From an uncultured Chloroflexia bacterium (lineage in GTDB: Bacteria > Chloroflexota > Anaerolineae > B4-G1 > SLSP01): DNA of 64,000 bases. The stretch's first letter is position 1. Each line of letters starts with the position of its first letter. Positions 32,975-41,889 of the stretch are shown piece after piece. The stretch spans positions 1 through 64,000 of the forward strand of contig CAVVUS010000033.1 in the NCBI GenBank assembly GCA_963751345.1, written 5' to 3'. Under the pieces are notes generated by a model. That model saw nothing but the letters and a program-made list of their open reading frames with translations, did no database searches and was not told the DNA's origin. Both the position numbers and the translations under genes were made by a program.

Positions 32975-34504
32975 TCATCTCCTTACGACCAGCGGTAGGA
33001 AGACCTGCGTCTCAGTCGTGATGCTGCTGCTGGTTGAGTAGTTGCCCGCGCGGTCGACCGCGCGGGCATAGACCGTGGTGGACTTGCTCGGCGTCCACGT
33101 GATCTCAGTGATGCTGTCGGTGGCGGGGTAGGTCGTGAAGGGCTCGAAGCCGGCGTCGTCACTGACCTCGATGGCGTCAACCCCGCTATTGTCGTCGCTG
33201 GTCGTCACCTCAATCGTGACTTCCTGGGCGGCCGCAGACTGGGCGCCCAGCGCCTTCCTCGAGATGATGAGCATCACGGGCGCGGATGGGGGTACCGGGT
33301 CGTAGATGATGTCGTCCTGCACAGGCCCGAACGGATCTCCGCCTGCGTCGCGGAACTTCGCGTAGACGATACGGGGGATGCGCAGGTCGCCGTAGGTCGT
33401 CATAACCCAATCGTCGTAGGTCATGTCAGGCACCACGGGGAGCCAGTCGGTCGAGCCGGCGCCGAAGGCCCCGTCGTTGCTGAACCTGACCTGGGTGATG
33501 GCGTCGTCGACGTTGGTGCTGTACTGCAGCGTGACCGTGGGAACGTTGGTGTAGACGGTGCCGTCGTTGATCGTCAGGCCGTAGCCTGGGTTGTAGGCCG
33601 AGCTAGCCTCCAACAGCGTCACGCGACCCAGCCCATCGTCGAGGGTGGCGGTGTTGACGATAGTGGTCCCGACCTGCAGGGCTGTGGTCGTCACCTCTAC
33701 GCTGAAGCGCAGGATGACCGGGGACCCCTTGACGACCTTGCCCGTCCAGTGAAGCGTGCCATCCGCGAGCGTCACCGGACCTCCGTCACTGGCCTGCGCT
33801 CCGCCCGCGTAGGTCGTGTGCAGCGGGATCGCGTCGCTCAGGCTCGCGGTAGCCGTGACAAGGGCACGGTTGTAGAGGACCAGCGTGTAGGTCACCGTAT
33901 CGCCTACATCGAAGGTGGCACGGTTCACCCACTTGCCCGACAGCGAGAGGTCGGGGAGCGGCAGGGTGCTCACCGCCACAGTGAAGGCTTGGAAGTCGGC
34001 GTGGCCGGCGGCGTCGCGCGCCCTCAGGACGACGTTGTGACTGCCGACGTCCGCCACGCTGGGAGTGCCACTCAACGTCGCCGTGCCGTCGCCGTGGTCG
34101 ACGAGTGATAGCCAACCCGGCTTGAGCGGCGCGGTGATTGTGAGAACGTCGCCGACATCGGGATCGACCGCGGTGATGGCATAGCTGTAGAGCATCCCGA
34201 CCTTGGCGACCGTATCAGGGGTGCTAATGATCTCAGGGGAACTGCCTGTGGGCAAGGGCGCCACCGCTGGTTGCCAGAAGCCGCCACTCAGAATATACAC
34301 GCCGCCATCGAGCGTGCCGGCAGCGGTCTGGCCGATCGTGCCGTCCATCTCATAGCCGCCTAACGCGGCGTGCCCGCCCCCGCCAGCCACAACGTAGCGA
34401 TCAAGGTTGAGCCCGTCGAGCGGGGCTGCCAGAGCGCCCATCGCGAGGAGGCCCACTATCGCCACACCGACTATCCATGCCACGCACCGGGTCCTCACCT
34501 GCAC
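32975..34504 (-). CDS. Secreted protein: Gly-rich N-domain, Ig/cadherin-like, DUF11 and Ig-like domains, FLPLVVRR tail
   Basis: Signal peptide; VVAGGGG..GGYEMDGTIGQ..GGVYILSGGFW; PGWLSLVDHGDGTATLSGTP; GDTVTYTLVLYN..LSDAIP; VDRAGN. Confidence 0.82.
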   Translation of the reverse strand: MQVRTRCVAWIVGVAIVGLLAMGALAAPLDGLNLDRYVVAGGGGHAALGGYEMDGTIGQTAAGTLDGGVYILSGGFWQPAVAPLPTGSSPEIISTPDTVAKVGMLYSYAITAVDPDVGDVLTITAPLKPGWLSLVDHGDGTATLSGTPSVADVGSHNVVLRARDAAGHADFQAFTVAVSTLPLPDLSLSGKWVNRATFDVGDTVTYTLVLYNRALVTATASLSDAIPLHTTYAGGAQASDGGPVTLADGTLHWTGKVVKGSPVILRFSVEVTTTALQVGTTIVNTATLDDGLGRVTLLEASSAYNPGYGLTINDGTVYTNVPTVTLQYSTNVDDAITQVRFSNDGAFGAGSTDWLPVVPDMTYDDWVMTTYGDLRIPRIVYAKFRDAGGDPFGPVQDDIIYDPVPPSAPVMLIISRKALGAQSAAAQEVTIEVTTSDDNSGVDAIEVSDDAGFEPFTTYPATDSITEITWTPSKSTTVYARAVDRAGNYSTSSSITTETQVFLPLVVRR

Positions 34505-34536
34505 CTCCCACGCTCAGGCGACTTTGCTTCGCGTGT

Positions 34537-34639
34537 AGCGTACTTCTCAACCGTGTGAACAGCGTGTGATGTCGTGTCAAGTGCAGTGCGACAGGAGGTC
34601 CACCGATCACACGCTATTCACACGGTCGGTCGGTATGCT
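34537..34639. promoter_or_regulatory. Divergent promoter pair with SARP-type direct repeats
   Basis: Minus: TCACACG (34569-63), TCACACG (34558-52), 9 bp, TACGCT (34542-37). Plus: TCACACG (34607-13), TCACACG (34618-24), 9 bp, TATGCT (34634-39). Confidence 0.75.
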
Positions 34640-34697
34640 CTAGGACAAGAGATTCGGCCCAGGTGTAGCGCAGGATCGGTGGTTCCCAGATAGACCT

Positions 34698-34910
34698 ATG
34701 ATGAGGGAGTCGTGTTGCAAGTATATGTCGTACCTCTTGCGGCTTTGGCTGGTGCGGACAGAGTTGGGCCTATCCTGGCGGGCGTCACTTGAGGACACCC
34801 GTACCAGAGAACGCCATGGGTTCACCAGCCTTGATGACCTACTCGGCTATCTGCGCGGCCTGGCCGAACCGCCCGAAGCCTGTCCTAGCAGAGAGGAGAA
34901 CGAGCGATGA
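34698..34910 (+). CDS. Small hypothetical protein (SYLLRLW...WRASLE...GFxSL type)
   Basis: 70-aa ORF, first gene after the rightward promoter, ATGA-coupled to the next gene. Confidence 0.72.
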   Translation: MMRESCCKYMSYLLRLWLVRTELGLSWRASLEDTRTRERHGFTSLDDLLGYLRGLAEPPEACPSREENER

Positions 34911-35422
34911 AGAAGGGAGTCTTTCGGTTGTGGCCTTTGGTGTTGGTGGCTTTGGCCTTGCTCCTGGCGAGTTGCGCGACGGCGCAGCTCAAAGCTCAGG
35001 CCGCCCAGGAAGCTGCCAACAAGGAAGTGGTGCAGTCCTTCCTCGGCATGTTCATGTCGGGGAATTGGGGTGACTTCGACCAGGTGATCGCCGCTGACTG
35101 CGTCCTGCACGAGCCCGGTGGCACCGACCTCGTGGGGCTGGACCAGATGAAGGCGGCCTGGGTCGAAGCCTACACGCCGCTCACGGACCTCAACGTCACA
35201 TCGGTTGCCGAGGCCGGCGAGGGCGAGTACCTGATGGACTTCTACGTCATGGACGCCACGTACGAAGGGGAGTACATGGGCCAGCAGTTTTCGGGTGTAC
35301 CGGTGAGCTTTTTTCAGGCGGAGACGATGCACATCGTCGATGGCAAGATCGTCGAGTGGTGGGTGGAGTTCGACCGGCAGCGGTTGGCGGAAGAACTAGG
35401 GTTCGCGCTGCAGCTGCAGTGA
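34907..35422 (+). CDS. SnoaL/NTF2-like (ester cyclase) lipoprotein
   Basis: Lipobox LASC; ANKEVV..F, IAADCVLH, AGEGE, DGKIVEWW. Confidence 0.82.
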   Translation: MKKGVFRLWPLVLVALALLLASCATAQLKAQAAQEAANKEVVQSFLGMFMSGNWGDFDQVIAADCVLHEPGGTDLVGLDQMKAAWVEAYTPLTDLNVTSVAEAGEGEYLMDFYVMDATYEGEYMGQQFSGVPVSFFQAETMHIVDGKIVEWWVEFDRQRLAEELGFALQLQ

Positions 35423-35532
35423 GCCGTGTGGCAGCGTGCGGCGGGGCGATGCATCTGACGTTGCCCGGCCGCCCGTTTGGGTCTATCATCGATATACCGT
35501 CAGCAAGGTCTTCCAATGGAGGGTTTGGTCCA

Positions 35533-35964
35533 ATGAACACACCGGATCAGGTAGCAAGCAACAAGCAGGTCCTGCAGGAGTTCCTGGAGCTGTTCATGTC
35601 AGGAAGGTGGGACGAGTTCGACCGCGTCATCCACCCGGACTGCGTGATGCACTACTCGGGCGACGTTGACGAGGTGGGGCTGGAGCAGATCATGGAGGGC
35701 TGGCGCCACTTCTATGGCAGCATCAGCGACATACAGGCCGGCACCGACGCCATCGCCAGTGAGGGCGACCTCCTGATGGCGCTCTATACGATCGGGGGTA
35801 TCTACGAGGGCACCTTCGAGGGCTTGGCCGTCGGCCCGCTGCCGGTGAAGTACCGCCAAGCCGAGACAATGCGCATCGCGGATGGCCGGATCGTTGAGTG
35901 GTGGGTGGTCTACGATGAGGTTGTGCTGGCACAGCAACTGGGGTTCGCGCTGACCGCAGCTTAG
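35533..35964 (+). CDS. SnoaL/NTF2-like (ester cyclase) protein, cytoplasmic paralog
   Basis: SNKQVL..FMSGRWDEFD, HPDCVMH, ASEGD, DGRIVEWW, AQQLGF. Confidence 0.82.
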   Translation: MNTPDQVASNKQVLQEFLELFMSGRWDEFDRVIHPDCVMHYSGDVDEVGLEQIMEGWRHFYGSISDIQAGTDAIASEGDLLMALYTIGGIYEGTFEGLAVGPLPVKYRQAETMRIADGRIVEWWVVYDEVVLAQQLGFALTAA

Positions 35965-36020
35965 CAGGCCATAAGGGGCCTTGCTGGGCGGAGGGCCCGC
36001 TAGCAAGACAGGGCGGAGCG

Positions 36021-39000
36021 CTACGTGAGGAGCGCGTTGGCCCGGGCGACGAACTGCTCGCGCAAGTCCTCGACCGGCACGGTCTCGGCTAGCTCGAGTA
36101 TGTGCGCGCGGGCCTGGGCCAGTTCCTTCTCACTCTCCGACTGTCGGTCCAACGCACGGTAGACGCGGGCGAGGCTCGCGTGCAGGCGCCATAGCGGCAG
36201 CCGCGCCGGGTAGTCCTGAGCGTGGGCCAACGCAGTCTCCAGCAAGAGGAGGGCCTCCGTCGTGCGCCCCATCGCCGCGAGTATCTCGGCTCGAAGTTGC
36301 CATAGGAAGGGGATGACCGGTCGGGGCTCCGGTGACGGCGCTGTGTGAGGTGCCGAGTCGATCAGGCGGTCCACGATGTCAAGCGCCTTCGCCGGGTCGC
36401 CCTCCATTAGCGCCACTTCTGCGCGCCGGGCCCAGCATGTGCGCCGGTGGATGGTGTCCATCGGCGCCGGCGGCGCCAGGACGCCATCGAGGCACGATCG
36501 AGCCAGATCCACGTCGCCACAACTGCAGCAAACCGCTGCCAACGTGCCCGTGGCATAGTGAAACCAATGGCGTGACTGGAGCTTCTCAGCCAGGGCCAGG
36601 GCCTCCTCGAGCTCCGGTCGCGCCAACTCGGGGGCAAGAAGCTCGGTGTAGATCCCCCCAAGAATCGCGTGGGCGCCGGCGATCCATTCGAGATGCCCGA
36701 TGGATGTGGCCACAATCCGAGCGCGCTCGATATTGTTCAGGGCCAGGCCGAACTGCCCCTGCGCCAGGTCGTGCAGGCTGAGGCTCCACAGGGCCCAGCC
36801 CGCTGCAGCGGGCGCGTTTGTCTCCTGGGCGATCCGCAGCGCCTCCTCAAGATCACGACGGCTGACGACAGTCCCGCGTGGCGGAATGAGTGTCGTCGTG
36901 AAGGTCTGCGCGGTTGCGGCTAGGGCCCGTCCGATGAGGCTGCTGCAGAGGCCGAGCAAGTCCCCGAGTTCACGGAATGCCGCGATGGCGCGGTCGTAGT
37001 AAGTGATGCTGGCGCAGAGGTCTCCGTGAATCTGGGTCGCGAGCCCGAGGTCGTCGAGCGTGTGCGCTACCGCCTCCTGGCTGCCCAGCGGCTCGAGGAT
37101 GGCCAGTGCCTGCCGGTGATAGTCAATCGCCTGCGGGAGGTGTTCTTGGTTCAGCCACCAGTTACCCACCCGATTGAGCGTCGTTGCCAGGACCGCAGGG
37201 TCGCCGATCTGCTGTGCCAGCTCGAGGGCCTGATCGATTAACTCGCGGCTGCGACCGTAGTCGCGCAAGGCCCACAGCCCGACCAGGTCGAGCAGGGCGC
37301 GCCACGCAGTCCGCTGGTTCCCGGCTGCCCGGCCGATCGCGAGACATGTCTCGAAGTCGCCTCGCGCGCGCTCGAACTCCCCCAGGGCCGCGCTGCCCAG
37401 ACCGCGCCCCCGGTGCAGTTCGGCGCGCCGGACCGTGTCGGATCCCACACGGTCAGCGAGTTCGATGGCCTGGGTATACAGAGCAATCGCGGCCTGGTGG
37501 GCGTGGGCGCGTTCAGCATTGGCTGCGGCGACGATGCTGTAGCGGAAAGCCCGCTGGTCATCGGCGGCGCCCAGGAAGTGGCGGGCCAGCTGCACGGCGA
37601 CCTGGTCCGGATCCTCGCTGTGCAGAACCAGGAGCGCCTCTGCGACCTGCCGGTGCAGCAGTCGACGCTCGCCGCTACCTAACCGGCGATACAGATGGTT
37701 CTGCACGAGAATGTGGCTGAACTGGTAGTGAACGGTCCAGCCCGAGCCCGTCTGCCCCTCGGACTGCAGTCGCACAAGATGGTAGAGCCGCTCGAGCCGT
37801 CCCAGTGCCCGCAGGCATGATCTTTCGGGCATCGGCATCGCGGCGGCAACCAGTTGTGCGTCGAAGGAGTCCCCCACGATGCCGGCCACGCTCAGGATGT
37901 CCAGAAGTAGGGGCTCAAGACGGACGATGCGTTCCTCAATCACGGCCTCCACCCTAGCGGGAAGCCGGTCCCAGTCGAGACCGGGCGTCTCGACCCAGGC
38001 TCGGTCTCCGCCAGACCGGCGCACCAGATCGCCGCGCTCCTGCATCGCCCGCAGTAATTCGATGGTGAAGAGGGGATGTCCGGCGGTGTGAAGGTAGAGG
38101 GCATCACGGAAGCCTGCATCGAGGTGGTTGGGCTCGGTGTCGAGCAGGGCGTCTACGAAGCGGCGCCCCTCCTCATGGTCCCATGCGTCGAGATCTACCC
38201 AGACGTCGCCGTAGAGGCGTTGCAGCTCGTGGAGCGGCCTCTCCAGCGGGTGCCGCTCGCCGGTGGGCCCGGGGACGAGTTCCTCAGGCCGGTACGCACA
38301 CACGATCATGATGCGATGCTGACCGCCTGCAAGCCGCCTGCCAAGGTGAAAGAGCAGTCCAATCGAGGCCCTGTCGGCCCAATGGACGTCATCCAGGATG
38401 ATGAGGAGCGGCTGCTGATCTGCGAGCGTGCACAGCACGTCGGTGACTTGACCGAAGAGGAAAGTCTGGTCCACGGGAACGCTGCCGTCTTGCGCCTGAC
38501 CCGTCAGGGCCCGGATGCGCCCCAACCAGTCATCGCGGCCGGGCACCGCGCTGGCGGCCCGAGAAAGCAGGCTCTCGCCGGCCAGGATGGTCCCGACAAG
38601 CGAAGGTCCCCGTGTCACCAGTGCCGATAGCGCCGACGGCAGCGCACTCCAGAGACGTCGAGCGCCGTCAGGACCGATCCATCCTCGCGACCCGTGCGGC
38701 TCGACATCGCCCGTCAGCATCTCCAGCACATCGCGGAAGGGGAGGTAGGGATCCCCGACCCCGGCATAGGCTGTGCAGCTTCCGCGTGCTACCAGCAGAT
38801 CGGCATGCGCCCCTAGCCCCTGCCGCGCGACCTCATTCAGGAGGGCCGTCTTGCCCTGGCCGGCGGCGCCGACGACGAAGGCGAGCCGACACGCACCCCG
38901 AGCCGCCTCCTCAAGTAGGGCGAGGAGTCTGCTGATCTCACGTTCCCGACCCACGAAGACGGAATCCGGTCCGGGCGACGAGGCCTCGTCCGGGTGAGAT

Positions 39001-39848
39001 GGTCTCCCGGAGTAAGGGGGATCGAGCCGCGCCCACGCAGGGCTAGCCAATGCCCCATCTCGGATTCGTTGCCAGAGCTGCGTCGTCTCCATCTCCGGCT
39101 CGACGCCGAGTTGTTCGGCCAGCAGCGTACGGCAAGTCTCGTATTGGGCGAGCGCCGCGCTGCGCCGGCCGTTCAGGGCCAGAAGCCTCATGATCTGCCG
39201 CTGCGCCTGCTCATCGCACGGCGCAAGTTCGACCTGCCGCCAGGCGTAGGCCAAGGCGCGCCCCCACTGACCACGTCGCTCGTGGCGTTCGGTGAGCTGG
39301 CGGAGAAGCGCGATGGCCTCACGCTCCAGCCGTTCGCGCGTGATCGTGGCCCACTCCGAGAAGACTGCACTGTCATCGATCGAGACGTCTGACAGGAACG
39401 GGCCCCCGCAGAGGGACGCGGCTGCCTCGAGCTCATCCGTCGACGGTCGGACCGGCCCCGCAGCGCCGCCGGGGTTTCTGCTGCGTAGCAGGTCTTCGAA
39501 CGCCCGGACATCCACCCAGACGTCGGCATCACGGTTGAGCTGTAGCGTCTGGCGGGTTGTCAGGAGGTAGGGGATCGCCGTTGCATCGACTGTGCTAGTG
39601 AGGGAGGTCACGTCACCGATCGCGGTTCGCAGGCTGGCCAACGTGTGGCGCAGGTTAGCGCGGGCCGAGCCTTCGGGCCGCTCGGGCCACAGCATCTCGG
39701 CCAGCGCGTCGCGACGCTGGGGCCGGTCGACCTCGACGGCCAGGAAGGCCAACAACGCGCGTACCTTCTCTGTCTCGAAGTGGGTGATCGGCCGATCATC
39801 CAGCGTTACCTGCATCGGGCCCAACACCTTTATGGAAAGACGGGCCAT
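36021..39848 (-). CDS. AfsR/SARP-family regulator (wHTH-BTAD-AAA/STAND ATPase-TPR)
   Basis: LSIKVLGP, RALLAFLAV..RDALAEMLWP..ANLRHTLASLR; BTAD (EQAQRQIMRL..ALAQYETC..LGVEP); FVGRERE, GAAGQGKT, ILDDVHWAD, GHPLF; TPR-like C-terminal half. Confidence 0.92.
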   Translation of the reverse strand: MARLSIKVLGPMQVTLDDRPITHFETEKVRALLAFLAVEVDRPQRRDALAEMLWPERPEGSARANLRHTLASLRTAIGDVTSLTSTVDATAIPYLLTTRQTLQLNRDADVWVDVRAFEDLLRSRNPGGAAGPVRPSTDELEAAASLCGGPFLSDVSIDDSAVFSEWATITRERLEREAIALLRQLTERHERRGQWGRALAYAWRQVELAPCDEQAQRQIMRLLALNGRRSAALAQYETCRTLLAEQLGVEPEMETTQLWQRIRDGALASPAWARLDPPYSGRPSHPDEASSPGPDSVFVGREREISRLLALLEEAARGACRLAFVVGAAGQGKTALLNEVARQGLGAHADLLVARGSCTAYAGVGDPYLPFRDVLEMLTGDVEPHGSRGWIGPDGARRLWSALPSALSALVTRGPSLVGTILAGESLLSRAASAVPGRDDWLGRIRALTGQAQDGSVPVDQTFLFGQVTDVLCTLADQQPLLIILDDVHWADRASIGLLFHLGRRLAGGQHRIMIVCAYRPEELVPGPTGERHPLERPLHELQRLYGDVWVDLDAWDHEEGRRFVDALLDTEPNHLDAGFRDALYLHTAGHPLFTIELLRAMQERGDLVRRSGGDRAWVETPGLDWDRLPARVEAVIEERIVRLEPLLLDILSVAGIVGDSFDAQLVAAAMPMPERSCLRALGRLERLYHLVRLQSEGQTGSGWTVHYQFSHILVQNHLYRRLGSGERRLLHRQVAEALLVLHSEDPDQVAVQLARHFLGAADDQRAFRYSIVAAANAERAHAHQAAIALYTQAIELADRVGSDTVRRAELHRGRGLGSAALGEFERARGDFETCLAIGRAAGNQRTAWRALLDLVGLWALRDYGRSRELIDQALELAQQIGDPAVLATTLNRVGNWWLNQEHLPQAIDYHRQALAILEPLGSQEAVAHTLDDLGLATQIHGDLCASITYYDRAIAAFRELGDLLGLCSSLIGRALAATAQTFTTTLIPPRGTVVSRRDLEEALRIAQETNAPAAAGWALWSLSLHDLAQGQFGLALNNIERARIVATSIGHLEWIAGAHAILGGIYTELLAPELARPELEEALALAEKLQSRHWFHYATGTLAAVCCSCGDVDLARSCLDGVLAPPAPMDTIHRRTCWARRAEVALMEGDPAKALDIVDRLIDSAPHTAPSPEPRPVIPFLWQLRAEILAAMGRTTEALLLLETALAHAQDYPARLPLWRLHASLARVYRALDRQSESEKELAQARAHILELAETVPVEDLREQFVARANALLT

Positions 39849-40153
39849 CGCGATTCGACGATCCTATCGATGAAAGAACCAGGCCGGCGGCGCGGGAGAT
39901 GAGGCCTGTGCCTCACAGTCAGATGACGCCCGACTCCCGTGCACGCAGCGCCGCCCCTGGCTTCACGGCGATCACGGTCAAGCGGTGTCCGAGGGTTAGG
40001 TCATGACGCTATTACACTCCACTTGGGCGATCTCGGCAAGCGGTGTGCGCGCGAGGGTGCGTCGAGATTGGACCCATCAGCGCTCTCTGCCGCTTGGAGC
40101 GGACAGGCTTCGTTGACCTTGGCGAAGAGATGGTGGCGGAGCCGCAAAGCAGA

Positions 40154-40194
40154 TAGGAGCGGCATCGGGACATCAACGCCCCGACGCCGCTCCT
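40154..40194 (-). terminator. Probable terminator hairpin after the lipoprotein gene
   Basis: aggagcggcatcggg...cccgacgccgctcct 20 nt past the stop. Confidence 0.5.
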
Positions 40195-40212
40195 TCGGTA
40201 GCGCCTATGGCC

Positions 40213-41766
40213 TCAGGGTGCCGGGATCGTCACGGTGACCATGACGTTCGCGGTCGCCGAACCCACCGAGCGCAGGTCGAGCAGGTAATCTTCCGTCAGC
40301 GGGAGCACGCCGGTGAAGCCGGTGGCGCCCGCGTGGTCGCTCAGGAGGACGCTACCGTCGGCACCGTAGACGATCAGGACCACCTGGCCCTGGCTCGTCG
40401 CCGTCTCCACGGTCATCGTCTGTCCGGCGAGCGCGTGGACCACGAAGTGTCCGGTGGTCGACGGCGGTATGCTGGCTTGCCCCTGCCCGCTCACTGCGCC
40501 CGGCGCAAAGGTGATCCGCTGCGGAATGATCACCGTCATCGTGTAGTCAACGGCCAGGCTCCCCGACGTGACCATCAATGTGTAGTCCTGGGTGGTCGGG
40601 ACGACGCCGCGGAAGAACGCCGGACCCGGCGGCATCACGACCTGCCCGTTCGCCCCCACGACCGCCAGTGTCAGGCCCGTGGTCGGGAAGAAGTCGACTT
40701 CCATCAACTGCCCCGCGGAGACGCCGACGAGATAGCGGTTGGTGCTATTGGCGTCGATGTGCCCAGGGAATTGCGCCTGTGTCTCGCCGGCAGCGAAGAG
40801 GATGCGCGTAGTAGCGCCCGGTTCAGGCGTGGGCGTGGGCGTGGCGGTGGTGCTGCCCATGGGCGGGACCGAGACGTTGAGCGTGTAGCTGGCGGGCCCG
40901 CCCCCAACCGCCCGGACGTCGATCAGATAGTCCTGCGTCGTGGGCAGGTTGCCGGAGAACGTGGGGCTCCCGGCGTGATCGGTCTGGAGCACGGTGCCGT
41001 CGGCACCGTAGACGATCAGGATCACCTGACCCTCGGTGGCCACGGCATCCAGGGCCAACGTCTGCCCTCCCAGCGCCCGAATCACGAAGGCCAGGGAGCT
41101 GTTTGCAGCCTGGGTCTCCGGGATCTGGATCGTGCTGGTGCCTGGCGCGAAGGTGATCCGTATGGGGATCATCAAGCTCAAGGTGAAATCTGTGGCTGCG
41201 CCGCTGTTGGTGATCGCGAGGGTGTAGTCCTGTGTCGTGGGCACCGTCCCACGGAAGAAGGGCTGTCCCTGGATCTTGATAATGACGTTGTCCGCGCCGA
41301 CTATTGAGAGGCTCAGGGTGCCCTGGCCCACGGGGATCGTGTCGACACTCACCTCCATGAGCTGGTCGCTGGTTACGCCGAAGACGTAGCGAAGGGTCTC
41401 CCCGGCGCCGATGTGCCCCTGGATCGTGGCGTAAGTGGTCCCGGCGGCAAAGGCAATCCGCTCAGCCATGGATGTGGGCGGGGTCGCCGTGGATCCCGGG
41501 GCTGCCGTCGGCGGAACGGCGGTGGGTGTCGATTCTGCCATCGGGGTGCTCGTGGCCGCTGCGGGCGTCTCGATAGGCGAGGTCGCCGGTGTGGCGGTCG
41601 CTCTGTCCCCGGCGGCAGAGCTCGATGCCGTCGGACTGGACGTGGGCAGCGGCGGAGCAGCCGACCGGATCAGCGCGCAGGATGCCGTTGAGACCATCGT
41701 CAAGATGATGAGCGCCACGGCGCCCAGTTGCATCAGTTGGTGTGGTCCTGTCATTCGCTTCTTCAT
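40213..41766 (-). CDS. Lipoprotein with four PPC-like beta-sandwich repeats (2x2 duplication)
   Basis: TASC lipobox-like, PT-rich linker, four RIxF(A/P)xG-initiated domains with PTTQDY motifs. Confidence 0.75.
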   Translation of the reverse strand: MKKRMTGPHQLMQLGAVALIILTMVSTASCALIRSAAPPLPTSSPTASSSAAGDRATATPATSPIETPAAATSTPMAESTPTAVPPTAAPGSTATPPTSMAERIAFAAGTTYATIQGHIGAGETLRYVFGVTSDQLMEVSVDTIPVGQGTLSLSIVGADNVIIKIQGQPFFRGTVPTTQDYTLAITNSGAATDFTLSLMIPIRITFAPGTSTIQIPETQAANSSLAFVIRALGGQTLALDAVATEGQVILIVYGADGTVLQTDHAGSPTFSGNLPTTQDYLIDVRAVGGGPASYTLNVSVPPMGSTTATPTPTPEPGATTRILFAAGETQAQFPGHIDANSTNRYLVGVSAGQLMEVDFFPTTGLTLAVVGANGQVVMPPGPAFFRGVVPTTQDYTLMVTSGSLAVDYTMTVIIPQRITFAPGAVSGQGQASIPPSTTGHFVVHALAGQTMTVETATSQGQVVLIVYGADGSVLLSDHAGATGFTGVLPLTEDYLLDLRSVGSATANVMVTVTIPAP

Positions 41767-41889
41767 TTGCTCTGTACCCTTCCTCTCTGCATTCGTATCT
41801 GTTGGGTTTGTCCTCCATCTTATACCATATCCGTTGACTTTGGCGATGGCTTGGGTTGGATCGGGCGGTGGTGGGTTTGGGCGGTGGGA

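Noticed and set aside
34907-39848. Polyketide/antibiotic biosynthetic cluster (SnoaL + SARP)
   Set aside because: No PKS, NRPS, ACP or tailoring genes in the window
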